Assembly: GCA_035406965.1 (NCBI GenBank)
Contig: DAONZU010000002.1
Location: 1-53,485, forward strand
Direction: 5' to 3'
Length of the DNA: 53,485 nucleotides
DNA from: Bacteroidales bacterium
GTDB lineage: Bacteria > Bacteroidota > Bacteroidia > Bacteroidales > ML635J-15
Shown here: piece by piece, positions 1 through 8,410 of the stretch
Numbering within the stretch: the stretch's first letter is position 1
Layout of the letters: each line of letters opens with the position of its first letter
Position numbers and translations under genes: made by a program
Notes under the pieces: generated by a model
Seen by the model: the letters and a program-made list of their open reading frames with translations, nothing else
Told to the model about the DNA's origin: nothing
Databases searched by the model: none

Positions 1-790
1 CCGAAGGTCCAAATCCATAATAAATCGACCTATCCCAATACGAAGAATTATGATGCGAAACTTTTTTGTTTTTTGCAAAATTAGAAATTTCATATTGTTC
101 AAAATCAAAACTTTGCAATGTATCTATTAAAGTATTGTAGTGTTTAAAACTTAAAGTTTCGTCAATTACAGAAATTTTGTTTTCATTTAACATCTTGTAA
201 AGCAAAGTTCCTTTTTCTATTTCTAAATGATAAGCAGAAATATGATTAATTGGAAGTTTACAAATGATTTTCAAATGATTTTCAAAATTTTCAGAACTTA
301 ATCCATTTATACCATAAATTACATCAACGCTAATATTTTCAAAACCAATATTATAAGCTTCTATAACAGAATTTATTGACCTTTCGGCATTATGTCTTCG
401 GCGTAATAGCTTCAAAATTTCATCGTCCATACTCTGCAATCCAATGCTTAAGCGATTTATTGGCGTATTTATCAGGTTTTTTAAATATTCTGAACTTAAA
501 TCTTCGGGATTTGCTTCAAAATTAATTTCGCAATTCTTAGTAAATTTATAATGTTTATACAGAACTTCAAAAATATTTTGAATCTCATTATAATTTAATA
601 TTGAGGGAGTTCCGCCACCAAAATAGATGCTAGAGAACTCTATTTCGGCAATATTTTTCGAGCTATACTGTAATTCATTTTCTAAGGCTTTTAGAAAATC
701 TGTTTTATGTTTTAATGTAGCAATAGAGCAAAAGTTACAATATGAACATTTACTTTTACAGAATGGAATATGCAAATAAATGCCTGACAT
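1..790 (-). CDS. hemW: Radical SAM heme chaperone / oxygen-independent coproporphyrinogen-III oxidase-like protein (HemW/HemN family); C-terminal end cut by window edge
   Basis: Absent from the ORF track because there is no in-window stop. My own translation from the ATG (complement of 788-790) gives MSGIYLHIPFCKSKCSYCNFC (CxxxCxxC radical-SAM motif), IYFGGGTPS, and ...VSHHNSSYWDRSIYYGFGPS at the edge. The frame stays open to position 2. Confidence 0.8.
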   Translation of the reverse strand, partial: MSGIYLHIPFCKSKCSYCNFCSIATLKHKTDFLKALENELQYSSKNIAEIEFSSIYFGGGTPSILNYNEIQNIFEVLYKHYKFTKNCEINFEANPEDLSSEYLKNLINTPINRLSIGLQSMDDEILKLLRRRHNAERSINSVIEAYNIGFENISVDVIYGINGLSSENFENHLKIICKLPINHISAYHLEIEKGTLLYKMLNENKISVIDETLSFKHYNTLIDTLQSFDFEQYEISNFAKNKKVSHHNSSYWDRSIYYGFGPS

Positions 791-821
791 TTAAGCCATT
801 AAGATATAAAGTTATTACAAA

Positions 822-2288
822 TTATTGTTTTTCAGTTTCTATATTTTGCTTTTCTTCTTCTGAATTAATGTAAAGTTCTATCACAACAAGAGCAGCTACG
901 AATCCCCAGAAAGGAACTGCAACTTTATCAGTGTCTAAAAAGTTATTTAAAAAAGCATGGGCTATATATGTTATAAGTCCTATTAGCAAAGACATGCTAA
1001 GTGTTTTTATTAGTTTAGATTTTGCTTTTTTATAACTTCTAACCCCTGAAATTATTATGATAATAATTAATGCTGTAAAACTTAGCATTCCTAATAGTCC
1101 TGATTCGGATAGTTCGCTTAAATATTCACTATGTGCATTACCATAATCTCCTGCATTTGTACTTACAATAGTTTTTTCGTAAGAGAATTGAAATGGTGCG
1201 TAATTGAACTGATAAGTTCCTGGTCCCCAGCCAAACACAGGTTTTTCTTTAAACATTCTTACAGCACAGTTCCAACGATTTATTCTTTCTAAGTTTGAAG
1301 CATCAGTAGTTATATTACTTATAGATTGTATATGTTCTGAAAAATCGGTTGATGAGTCTTGTCTATTTCCAGAAAGCGACATAAAAATTTGCTCTTGGAA
1401 AGTAAAAAACAAGCCAAAAATAATTACTAGAGCAGTAATAATATATTTTAATTTAATTTTTAATTTTAAAATTATATATACACCCAAACCTACTATTAAA
1501 CTAACCCAGGCTGCTCGTGTATATGAGAAAATTATTGCTATTATAAAAAGCAACAAAATAATAAAGCTCCAGATTCTTATATATTTTTTTAGATCTTTAG
1601 AAACTACAAAGCCTATTAAAACTGGAATAAACATTGCCAACACTGCTCCATACGATGTATGGTCATTATAAAATGGATTAACAATAAAGTTTGCTGTATT
1701 TTGAGTAAATCCGCTTGCCGAATGTTTAATTAAAGTATAAACTATAATTATAATAAAAGGTATTATGTAAAGCCATAAAAATTTATAAATTTTTTTCTTA
1801 TCTTTAAAAAGTTGAGAGATTAGAAAATAAAAAGGGACAATAAACCATAAGCTAGCTATAAATGCTTTTAAAGAAACTATAGGCATTGTACTTGTAAAAA
1901 CTGTAACAAATCTCCAGAATAGATAGATATACAAGGCTATAGAGACTGGATGCTTTAATAGTTTTTTATCAAAATTTCTATCTTGTAATTGTTTAAGAAT
2001 AAAAATAAATAAAATCCCTACAAATATTGGTTCTGTGGGCAAATCAACATTAAATTCCAATCCTGGCACAAATGTCTTTAAAGGGACAGAAAAAGGCACT
2101 AAAAAAACTGAAAAAAGTAGGACTTTGTCTAATGCAAAAAACATTGCTAAGAAGACTATCAAAGCCAGTGGGAATAAATTAAATAATAGATTTTCTTCTT
2201 TTATAATTATCCAAGAATTGAATACTACAAAAAAAAATGCAATAGTATAAAATGCTATTATTTTATATTTATTTTGAGAAAATCTCAT
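822..2288 (-). CDS. O-antigen ligase/polymerase family (Wzy_C-type) integral membrane protein
   Basis: 488 aa and very hydrophobic, with many predicted TM segments. Contains YTRAAWVSLIVGLGV and GNAHSEYLSELSESGLLG stretches typical of the O-antigen ligase family. Overlaps the upstream Wzz-like gene by 4 bp. Confidence 0.7.
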   Translation of the reverse strand: MRFSQNKYKIIAFYTIAFFFVVFNSWIIIKEENLLFNLFPLALIVFLAMFFALDKVLLFSVFLVPFSVPLKTFVPGLEFNVDLPTEPIFVGILFIFILKQLQDRNFDKKLLKHPVSIALYIYLFWRFVTVFTSTMPIVSLKAFIASLWFIVPFYFLISQLFKDKKKIYKFLWLYIIPFIIIIVYTLIKHSASGFTQNTANFIVNPFYNDHTSYGAVLAMFIPVLIGFVVSKDLKKYIRIWSFIILLLFIIAIIFSYTRAAWVSLIVGLGVYIILKLKIKLKYIITALVIIFGLFFTFQEQIFMSLSGNRQDSSTDFSEHIQSISNITTDASNLERINRWNCAVRMFKEKPVFGWGPGTYQFNYAPFQFSYEKTIVSTNAGDYGNAHSEYLSELSESGLLGMLSFTALIIIIIISGVRSYKKAKSKLIKTLSMSLLIGLITYIAHAFLNNFLDTDKVAVPFWGFVAALVVIELYINSEEEKQNIETEKQ

Positions 2289-3232
2289 TTAGATTTTTTA
2301 GAAGCTTCAATAAATGAAATTATTATTACACCTGCAAAAAACGCACCTAATGTTGATAATAAGATAATTACCCATCGTATAGGGTATGACTTTTTATCAG
2401 CTGGAAATGGTTTTGAAATCACATGTGAATATGTTTGTATTTTACTTGCATCTCTTAAAGCATTTTCATACACTCCTTTATTCATGCGATAATCTAAAAG
2501 TGCGAAATAGAATAAAGAGTCGGTTTTATGGAACTCTGAACCATATTCTTTCCAATTTCCCAGAACTTTCCTAGCCTCATCTAAACTACGTCCACTAGTA
2601 ATTGCTTCGGTATATTTTTCCACTTGAGCATTCATGTCAAGTAAGTCATAATCTGTTCTGTAAGTTTTTAAAATTAATCCTAGACTATCAATTTCTTTTT
2701 CTTTTAATAACATTTGTTTTTCATAAATAGCAACAATCTCTTTAGATTTTGAGGTATTCAAATTTAAAACAAGAATATCATAAAATTTAATAATAGAATC
2801 AACTATATTTGAAGCTATTTGAGGGTCTATATCGCTTGCAGAAATTACAATAGCATCGTTTGGTGTTTTTTTAACGCTAATATTAGCATCGTAGTATTTT
2901 AAAATTTTCCAATTTGATTTTTCTTGTCCTTTTTCAACTTTGTAATGTTTGTATAAATCAAAAGCTTCTATTATAGAGAATTTAATATCTTCACTATTTA
3001 AAATTTCTAACATTTGTTCGCTTTCCGACTCATCAGATACAGGAATTAAATTTGCAGGATAAACTACAGCATTAGAACTATACTTAGGTTTTATAAACCA
3101 AGGTGATGAGAATATTGCACTACAAATTGCGACTATTATTACAAATGATAACAAATACCATTTCCATTTTATAATCAATGTAAAAATATTTTTTGTCTTA
3201 AAGTAGTTTTCCATAACTTCGTATTTTGGCAA
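2285..3232 (-). CDS. Wzz-like polysaccharide chain-length determinant protein (no kinase domain)
   Basis: 315 aa with an N-terminal TM (WYLLSFVIIVAICSAIFS) and a C-terminal TM (WVIILLSTLGAFFAGVIIISF) flanking a long soluble coiled region. This is PCP/Wzz topology. Confidence 0.55.
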   Translation of the reverse strand: MPKYEVMENYFKTKNIFTLIIKWKWYLLSFVIIVAICSAIFSSPWFIKPKYSSNAVVYPANLIPVSDESESEQMLEILNSEDIKFSIIEAFDLYKHYKVEKGQEKSNWKILKYYDANISVKKTPNDAIVISASDIDPQIASNIVDSIIKFYDILVLNLNTSKSKEIVAIYEKQMLLKEKEIDSLGLILKTYRTDYDLLDMNAQVEKYTEAITSGRSLDEARKVLGNWKEYGSEFHKTDSLFYFALLDYRMNKGVYENALRDASKIQTYSHVISKPFPADKKSYPIRWVIILLSTLGAFFAGVIIISFIEASKKSK

Positions 3233-3279
3233 TTCAAATTTACTAATTATTTCGTTAATATTAAACGAAAAATTAATTT

Positions 3280-4287
3280 TTACTTTTTTTTTACATATTT
3301 ATCAAACAATATTATAATTATAAGTGAGAAGGCAAGTGCAGATAAAATAGAAACACTTACAATCAACCAGCAAATAGGAAAATGTTTCTTATCTGCAACT
3401 TCTGCTGGACTAACTATATATGTATTTGGTAAATCTTGTTCTAAGTCAATTTTTGCTTCCCTATATTTTGCTTCCAAAACAGCAAGTTGCTTAATTTCTT
3501 CAAGCATTTGTTCTTTTAAAATAGAATGTGTGCTTCCATAACTTGCTAAAACGTCTAATTTCTTTTCTATTTCAAGTTTTGCTCTCTCGTTTCCATTTGC
3601 AATTGCTATAGCATGTTGTTCGCTATACATTTCTGTCTGTGACTTCACGTCTATAACACCTAATTCACTTAGAGCAGATAGAGAGTCTTCGATATTTTTT
3701 ATTTTTTGCTTTTGTGCTAAAAATTCTCTTTCAACGATAACAAAAGCTTTATATGCTCTTTCACTTTGTATTTTATAAATTAAACTGTCAACTAATGAAG
3801 CTATGTCATTTGCAATTAGGGCAGCTGTATCGGCACTAATATCTGAAACTTCAATTTTTATTGACATAAATTGTGTTCTAGAAATATCTATATTAGAATT
3901 ATAAGCTTTGTATAAACGAGTGTTTGCATACTTAGAATTAGGATCGATATCATAATGTTTAAATAAATCATATTTTTCAATAATTCTATTTCTTATTTCA
4001 GAAGACATTAAAACCTGCATTAATTGTTCCACATCTTCTTCTTCACCAAAACTTAGGACTTCTTTCTTTTGTTGGCTTTCTGTAATAATAGCTTGAGAAA
4101 TACTTCCCGAAGAGCTAGGAAACAAAATTACTGTAGATTTATATCTAGGCTGTATTATTATACATGCTAAAACTGACATTATCAAAGCAAAAACGCCGAC
4201 AATTAATAATGCAAGTTTATACTTAAAAATTAAGCTTACTACGTTTCTTAAATCAAAACTGCTATTTTCTTCAGATACTAAATTCAC
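3280..4287 (-). CDS. Wzz-like polysaccharide chain-length determinant protein, tandem paralog
   Basis: 335 aa with the same TM / coiled-coil / TM topology as the neighbouring gene (LALLIVGVFALIMSVLACIII ... CWLIVSVSILSALAFSLIIIILF). Confidence 0.55.
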   Translation of the reverse strand: MNLVSEENSSFDLRNVVSLIFKYKLALLIVGVFALIMSVLACIIIQPRYKSTVILFPSSSGSISQAIITESQQKKEVLSFGEEEDVEQLMQVLMSSEIRNRIIEKYDLFKHYDIDPNSKYANTRLYKAYNSNIDISRTQFMSIKIEVSDISADTAALIANDIASLVDSLIYKIQSERAYKAFVIVEREFLAQKQKIKNIEDSLSALSELGVIDVKSQTEMYSEQHAIAIANGNERAKLEIEKKLDVLASYGSTHSILKEQMLEEIKQLAVLEAKYREAKIDLEQDLPNTYIVSPAEVADKKHFPICWLIVSVSILSALAFSLIIIILFDKYVKKK

Positions 4288-4357
4288 TAGTCAAAATTAT
4301 TTTAGTGGACAAAAATATAAAATATTTTAATATAAACACAAATTTAAAAATTTATTA

Positions 4358-4714
4358 TTAATAAATTCCCCTATTCATCATAATTAATACACAATCATTA
4401 ACTACATTCACACCTTTTTCTTTTAATAGTTGTTGAAATTCAGGGTTGTAAGTGCCTGGATTAAAAATTATTCTTCGAGGTGGATTCTCTAATATTAAAT
4501 CATAATATTTTTTTTGATTTTCAATGCCTAAATACATAGCGATAGTATCTATTTTAACATCTTTAGGGTATTCTGACTGAATTGGGAGGTTAAAAATACT
4601 TCCTTTTTTTACGCTCACTGGTATTACTTTATGCTTTGCTTCTACCAACACTTCCACCGCTTTGTAAGAATATCTTCTGGGATTTGTGCTTGCCCCTAAA
4701 ACTACTGTTATCAT
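4358..4714 (-). CDS. CoA-binding domain protein (YccU/YneT-like)
   Basis: 118 aa. The N-terminus ITVVLGASTNPRRYSYKAV and the overall size match small CoA_binding_2 proteins. A TAATTTTG -7 box lies on the minus strand at 4731-4738. Confidence 0.6.
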   Translation of the reverse strand: MITVVLGASTNPRRYSYKAVEVLVEAKHKVIPVSVKKGSIFNLPIQSEYPKDVKIDTIAMYLGIENQKKYYDLILENPPRRIIFNPGTYNPEFQQLLKEKGVNVVNDCVLIMMNRGIY

Positions 4715-4860
4715 ATTTTTATGTTTTTCACAAAATTAATATTAAAATTTGATTGTAAGTAATAAAAACGTTTATCTTCACTTTTTTATTTTATTTAAAC
4801 CTATTATGAAGAAAATTGTTTCCAATCTTGTAATATTATTTGCTTTTTTACTCAATATTA

Positions 4861-4919
4861 GATTTTCTCAAGAAGCAGGCTTTTAAAAATCCAAAATACA
4901 GAAAAATTATTAATTTTTT
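4861..4919. repeat. Left copy of a perfect 59-bp direct repeat
   Basis: GATTTTCTCAAGAAGCAGGCTTTTAAAAATCCAAAATACAGAAAAATTATTAATTTTTT, identical to 5411-5469. Confidence 0.95.
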
Positions 4920-5410
4920 CCTGACTTCGACACTGGGACACCCAAAAAAAATTGAAAAAAAATTTCAAAAATAGCAACAATTAAAATTCTTATTTTGATG
5001 TAGAATGTAGCTTATATTAGCATTATGTTACTTTTGGCAATCATTATTAATCTTCATTTTCTATCTATACTATCATAAATATTACTCAACTTGAGTGTCC
5101 TTTTCGACTTTTTAAGTGTTTTGCGCATCACAAAAAATAAATGAGTCATATTTTTTTATGAATTTATGTGTAATCAGATATAAAATTAAAATTTCATATG
5201 TGTTTTTGACATCTCCAATGCTATTAAATAGCTTCCCATTCAAATAATATGGATATTAATGACACAAATGGAGATGTTTTTTGCTTACAAATATGACATA
5301 AAAACACGCTTTTTTTAACCTGGGACACCCAAAAAGGTGTCTTAAATTTTATATTAGCCTATAAATCAACTACTTATAAAAACGTGGTTAAAAAATTGTC
5401 AAAGTCAGGA
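4920..5410. mobile_element. 491-bp non-coding insert with 11/12 terminal inverted repeats (MITE-like or integrated-element remnant)
   Basis: Starts CCTGACTTCGAC (4920-4931) and ends GTCAAAGTCAGG (5398-5409). Flanked by the 59-bp direct repeat. No ORF longer than about 31 codons on either strand. Carries an internal 16-nt direct repeat CTGGGACACCCAAAAA at 4933-4948 and 5320-5335. Confidence 0.4.
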
Positions 5411-5469
5411 GATTTTCTCAAGAAGCAGGCTTTTAAAAATCCAAAATACAGAAAAATTATTAATTTTTT
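5411..5469. repeat. Right copy of the perfect 59-bp direct repeat
   Basis: Identical to 4861-4919. Overlaps the last codons and the stop of the anti-sigma gene (5460-5469). Confidence 0.95.
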
Positions 5470-6566
5470 AAGCTAAACTCAATGTCTAAGGTATAAATAA
5501 AATTTACTTTTTGAGAATTAAGTGTTGCAGGTTTCCACTTTGGCATTTTATTTATTAATTTTATTGCTTCATTAATAAAATAGGTATCTTCGCTATTTAA
5601 TACTCTTGGCATTATACAATTTCCTAAACTATCTATCGTAAATTCAACACTTACAATAGTTTCAATTGAATCATTTATATAAATTTGAGGATATACCAAA
5701 TTGTTCTTAATAAATTCTTCCAAATCTCCTTGAAAAACCGGCTCTGTTTCAATATTTTCCACCTTTTCACAGTCTGCAAATTCATAATCTGATTTACCTT
5801 TCTCTTTAGGAGCGACTCTTTTTGCCGATTTTTTCTCAACCGAACTAGCTTTTGGAGCTTCTTCAGCATAATTTTTAGTAAAATCACTAGTTGCTTCTGC
5901 TATATCTAAATCTTCTAAAGGCAAAGTAGCAAATTTTTCTTGGGCAACTTCTTCGCAAGCTGTATTTATTGCAATTTCATCTATTATAACATCATCACTA
6001 AGCGAGGGAACAGCAACTTCGTCTTCAACAACTACTAATCTTTCTTTATGAACTAAATTAGATTTTGTCTGAATTTTATCTTTACTTTCTGGTTCGCTAA
6101 CAACTTGTGCAATTTGTTCTGCAACTAAGCTATCTTCACTTTCAAAATCTGAATACATTACAGGACTTGCGGTTTCTTGAACAAGTTGAGCTTGTTTTAT
6201 ATTTTTGTGTGAATTTATTTTGCTAATAATTAAGAAAACTCCCGAAGCGACAAACAAAATTGCTATCATAGCAACATATTTATAATAGGAATTAAAAGAT
6301 AAGTTTCGTTTTTTTCTATGAATTATTCTATTAGAAGTAATTTTACTTATTTCAAGATTTAATTTTTGTTTAACTTTAAAATAATCTTCAGGGTTTTCTA
6401 ATCTTAAAATTCCTTCTACAAAATCTGCACAAATTTCACAATTTAGGATATGATTTTCTACTGCTGTCATTTCCTCATCGTTCAATTCATCATTAATAAA
6501 TTTAATTAGAATTTCTTCCGAAAAACAATCTGAATTTTTTAATATGTCATGTTTATTGTCTTTCAT
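5460..6566 (-). CDS. Anti-sigma factor with zf-HC2 N-terminus, one TM and a TonB-C-like C-terminal domain
   Basis: 368 aa. H-x3-C-x2-C motif (HILNCEIC), TM segment YVAMIAILFVASGVFLIISKI, acidic linker, and a C-terminal ~90 aa resembling the TonB C-terminal fold (PVFQGDLEEFIKNNLVYPQ...). Overlaps the ECF sigma gene by 14 bp. Confidence 0.6.
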   Translation of the reverse strand: MKDNKHDILKNSDCFSEEILIKFINDELNDEEMTAVENHILNCEICADFVEGILRLENPEDYFKVKQKLNLEISKITSNRIIHRKKRNLSFNSYYKYVAMIAILFVASGVFLIISKINSHKNIKQAQLVQETASPVMYSDFESEDSLVAEQIAQVVSEPESKDKIQTKSNLVHKERLVVVEDEVAVPSLSDDVIIDEIAINTACEEVAQEKFATLPLEDLDIAEATSDFTKNYAEEAPKASSVEKKSAKRVAPKEKGKSDYEFADCEKVENIETEPVFQGDLEEFIKNNLVYPQIYINDSIETIVSVEFTIDSLGNCIMPRVLNSEDTYFINEAIKLINKMPKWKPATLNSQKVNFIYTLDIEFSLKN

Positions 6567-7140
6567 TCTTTTCCATGCAAATTTTTAAATTTCTTTTTCC
6601 ATTTTGTAAAAAACTTTTTACCTCTTTTAAACTAAAGTCTGTAATTTTAGCAATTTCAACATATGATTTTGATTGTAAATAAAACAACTCAACACAAAGT
6701 TTTTGTTCTTGTTTAAGTAAAGAGATGCAGTTTTTAAGTTTTTCAATTTCTATTTCTGTTTTTTCACTACTTAGATGAAAATCTTCATCGTTTTCCATAA
6801 AAATTTTTAAATCACTTGAATAATTCGCAAATAATTTTTCTTCTTGCTTCAAATTTCTAAAATATAACAAACAATGATTTCGACAAACTGAATGTAACCA
6901 AGATTTAAAATTTGAAACTTCGTACATTAATAATTTATCGATTAATTCTCCAAAAATTATTAAAACTGCCTCTTGAGCTAATTCTTTGTTTTTAAAATAT
7001 TTTAAACAAATAGAAAAGCAAAAACCCGAATATCTTTTAAATAACTCGCCAACAATTTCTTTGTTTTTCGACTTTTTATATTTTTCAATTAATTCTAAGT
7101 CGCTTAATGGGAATATATTGTTTGGCAATTTTTGCATCAA
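6553..7140 (-). CDS. ECF-type RNA polymerase sigma-70 family factor
   Basis: 195 aa. The size, a region-2-like segment (AQEAVLIIFGEL...FKSWLHSVCRNHCL), a region-4-like HTH (SYVEIAKITDFSLKEVKSFLQNGKRNL), and translational coupling to the anti-sigma gene all fit. Confidence 0.7.
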   Translation of the reverse strand: MMQKLPNNIFPLSDLELIEKYKKSKNKEIVGELFKRYSGFCFSICLKYFKNKELAQEAVLIIFGELIDKLLMYEVSNFKSWLHSVCRNHCLLYFRNLKQEEKLFANYSSDLKIFMENDEDFHLSSEKTEIEIEKLKNCISLLKQEQKLCVELFYLQSKSYVEIAKITDFSLKEVKSFLQNGKRNLKICMEKNERQ

Positions 7141-7205
7141 TTCTAAATAGTTCGACTGTCAAAAATACATTAAATTGTAAATAATACAATGTAATTTTAA
7201 AACTA

Positions 7206-8141
7206 TTATTCAACAACAGACTTATTCACCAATATATTATCGGACAAATAAATTTTCGCAAAATAAACCCCTGAACTCAAAGCACTTATATCAACTTTTG
7301 CAATATTATTAGAAACAGTTTTATAGTTTACAATTTGACCTGAAATATTTAAAATTTCTACAGACTCAATATTTTCTTCTGAAACAATATTTAAAATACT
7401 TGTTGCAGGATTTGGAAAAATTTGTATTTCAGAAATATCAAAATCTTCTGTATTGGTAAAAAAACAAAAACTATAATGGGGATTTTGATAATAAAAATTA
7501 TCATTTTTATAAGCGCAAAACAAATAATTTGGTCCTCCTGTTATCGGAATTTGTTCACGTCCACAATCATGAAATCCATTCAACCCACCAACACCTTCAA
7601 TATAAAGGTCTGGAAAATCAAAATAACATACATTTAAAAGATAGTGTTTTCGGCTTTCACCATTTATTTCAGCATAATAAATTGAATCTACTATCATAAA
7701 AGTATCGCAAGGTTCTGACATGCCCCCACAATACAAATCATATAATGAACAATCAGCCATCAAAAAAGGATTTCTAAAATTTAAGGTATCTCCTTTTTCG
7801 ACATAATAGTCATAAATTAAGCCTTCATGTCCATATAGATTTCTGGCATATACTTTTCTGTCATCTGTTTCTCTTACAAATCCTATAAGTTGTTTATTAA
7901 TTAAAAGATGATATTCTACTCCACTTTCTGATTCATACAGTTTTTTATAAGTTTGATCACCAATAACAGTATCTTCTCCTATGATTTCGTAATGAGTGCT
8001 CACAATTATATTTGCACCACATATTGAAGAACCAAGACTAAAATAATTTCCAGTTTCAACTATTGGGACATATTCTTGTGACGAACAAATGTTTGCTATT
8101 GTTATAAATAAAGACAAACAAAGTATTTTTAGATTTTTCAT
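7206..8141 (-). CDS. Secreted protein of unknown function with T9SS C-terminal sorting domain
   Basis: 311 aa with a signal peptide (MKNLKILCLSLFITIANICSSQ). The C-terminus IFPNPATSILNI...LNISGQIV...SGVYFAKI matches the Por_Secre_tail pattern. Confidence 0.65.
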   Translation of the reverse strand: MKNLKILCLSLFITIANICSSQEYVPIVETGNYFSLGSSICGANIIVSTHYEIIGEDTVIGDQTYKKLYESESGVEYHLLINKQLIGFVRETDDRKVYARNLYGHEGLIYDYYVEKGDTLNFRNPFLMADCSLYDLYCGGMSEPCDTFMIVDSIYYAEINGESRKHYLLNVCYFDFPDLYIEGVGGLNGFHDCGREQIPITGGPNYLFCAYKNDNFYYQNPHYSFCFFTNTEDFDISEIQIFPNPATSILNIVSEENIESVEILNISGQIVNYKTVSNNIAKVDISALSSGVYFAKIYLSDNILVNKSVVE

Positions 8142-8410
8142 GTAAGTAATTTTTTAAATTAAACCTTTAAAAACTTATTATTGCCTGTCCTTTAGCAAGC
8201 ATTTATGATAAAAAACCAAGTTCACAAAAGTTTAAACTCAATATTCTACAATAATAAGCAAAATATCTCATATAGCAATGCTTTTTCAACAATTTCATAA
8301 TATAAATTTTAATTTAATGTGATTAGAATTGCAGGCTTTAAACTATTTAAAGATTTTAATAGTAGTTTTAAAAAAATAATTTTGTTAAATTTGCACAAAA
8401 TTCTAAAAAA

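Noticed and set aside
2035-2574. Short plus-strand ORFs (2035-2250, 2274-2492, 2386-2574). The same reasoning applies to similar embedded ORFs elsewhere: 5675-5887, 7422-7637, 9515-9709, 9702-9914, 12322-12567, 14946-15140, 16146-16460, 17064-17294, 19498-19704, 20832-21134, 22132-22368, 22949-23137, 23048-23335, 26814-27122, 27089-27280, 28185-28376, 30515-30712, 33551-33769, 38018-38203, 40818-41111, 43194-43400, 43646-43888, 44765-45010, 47980-48186, 48166-48357, 48422-48727 and 49747-49944.
   Set aside because: Each is nested within or antisense to a longer ORF with recognisable family motifs. They have the low-complexity composition expected of chance frames in AT-rich DNA.
7123-7137. 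Possible sigma54 promoter TGGCAATTTTTGCAT
   Set aside because: The GG-to-GC spacing is two bases shorter than the -24/-12 consensus. The site also lies inside the ECF sigma coding region on the non-coding strand.
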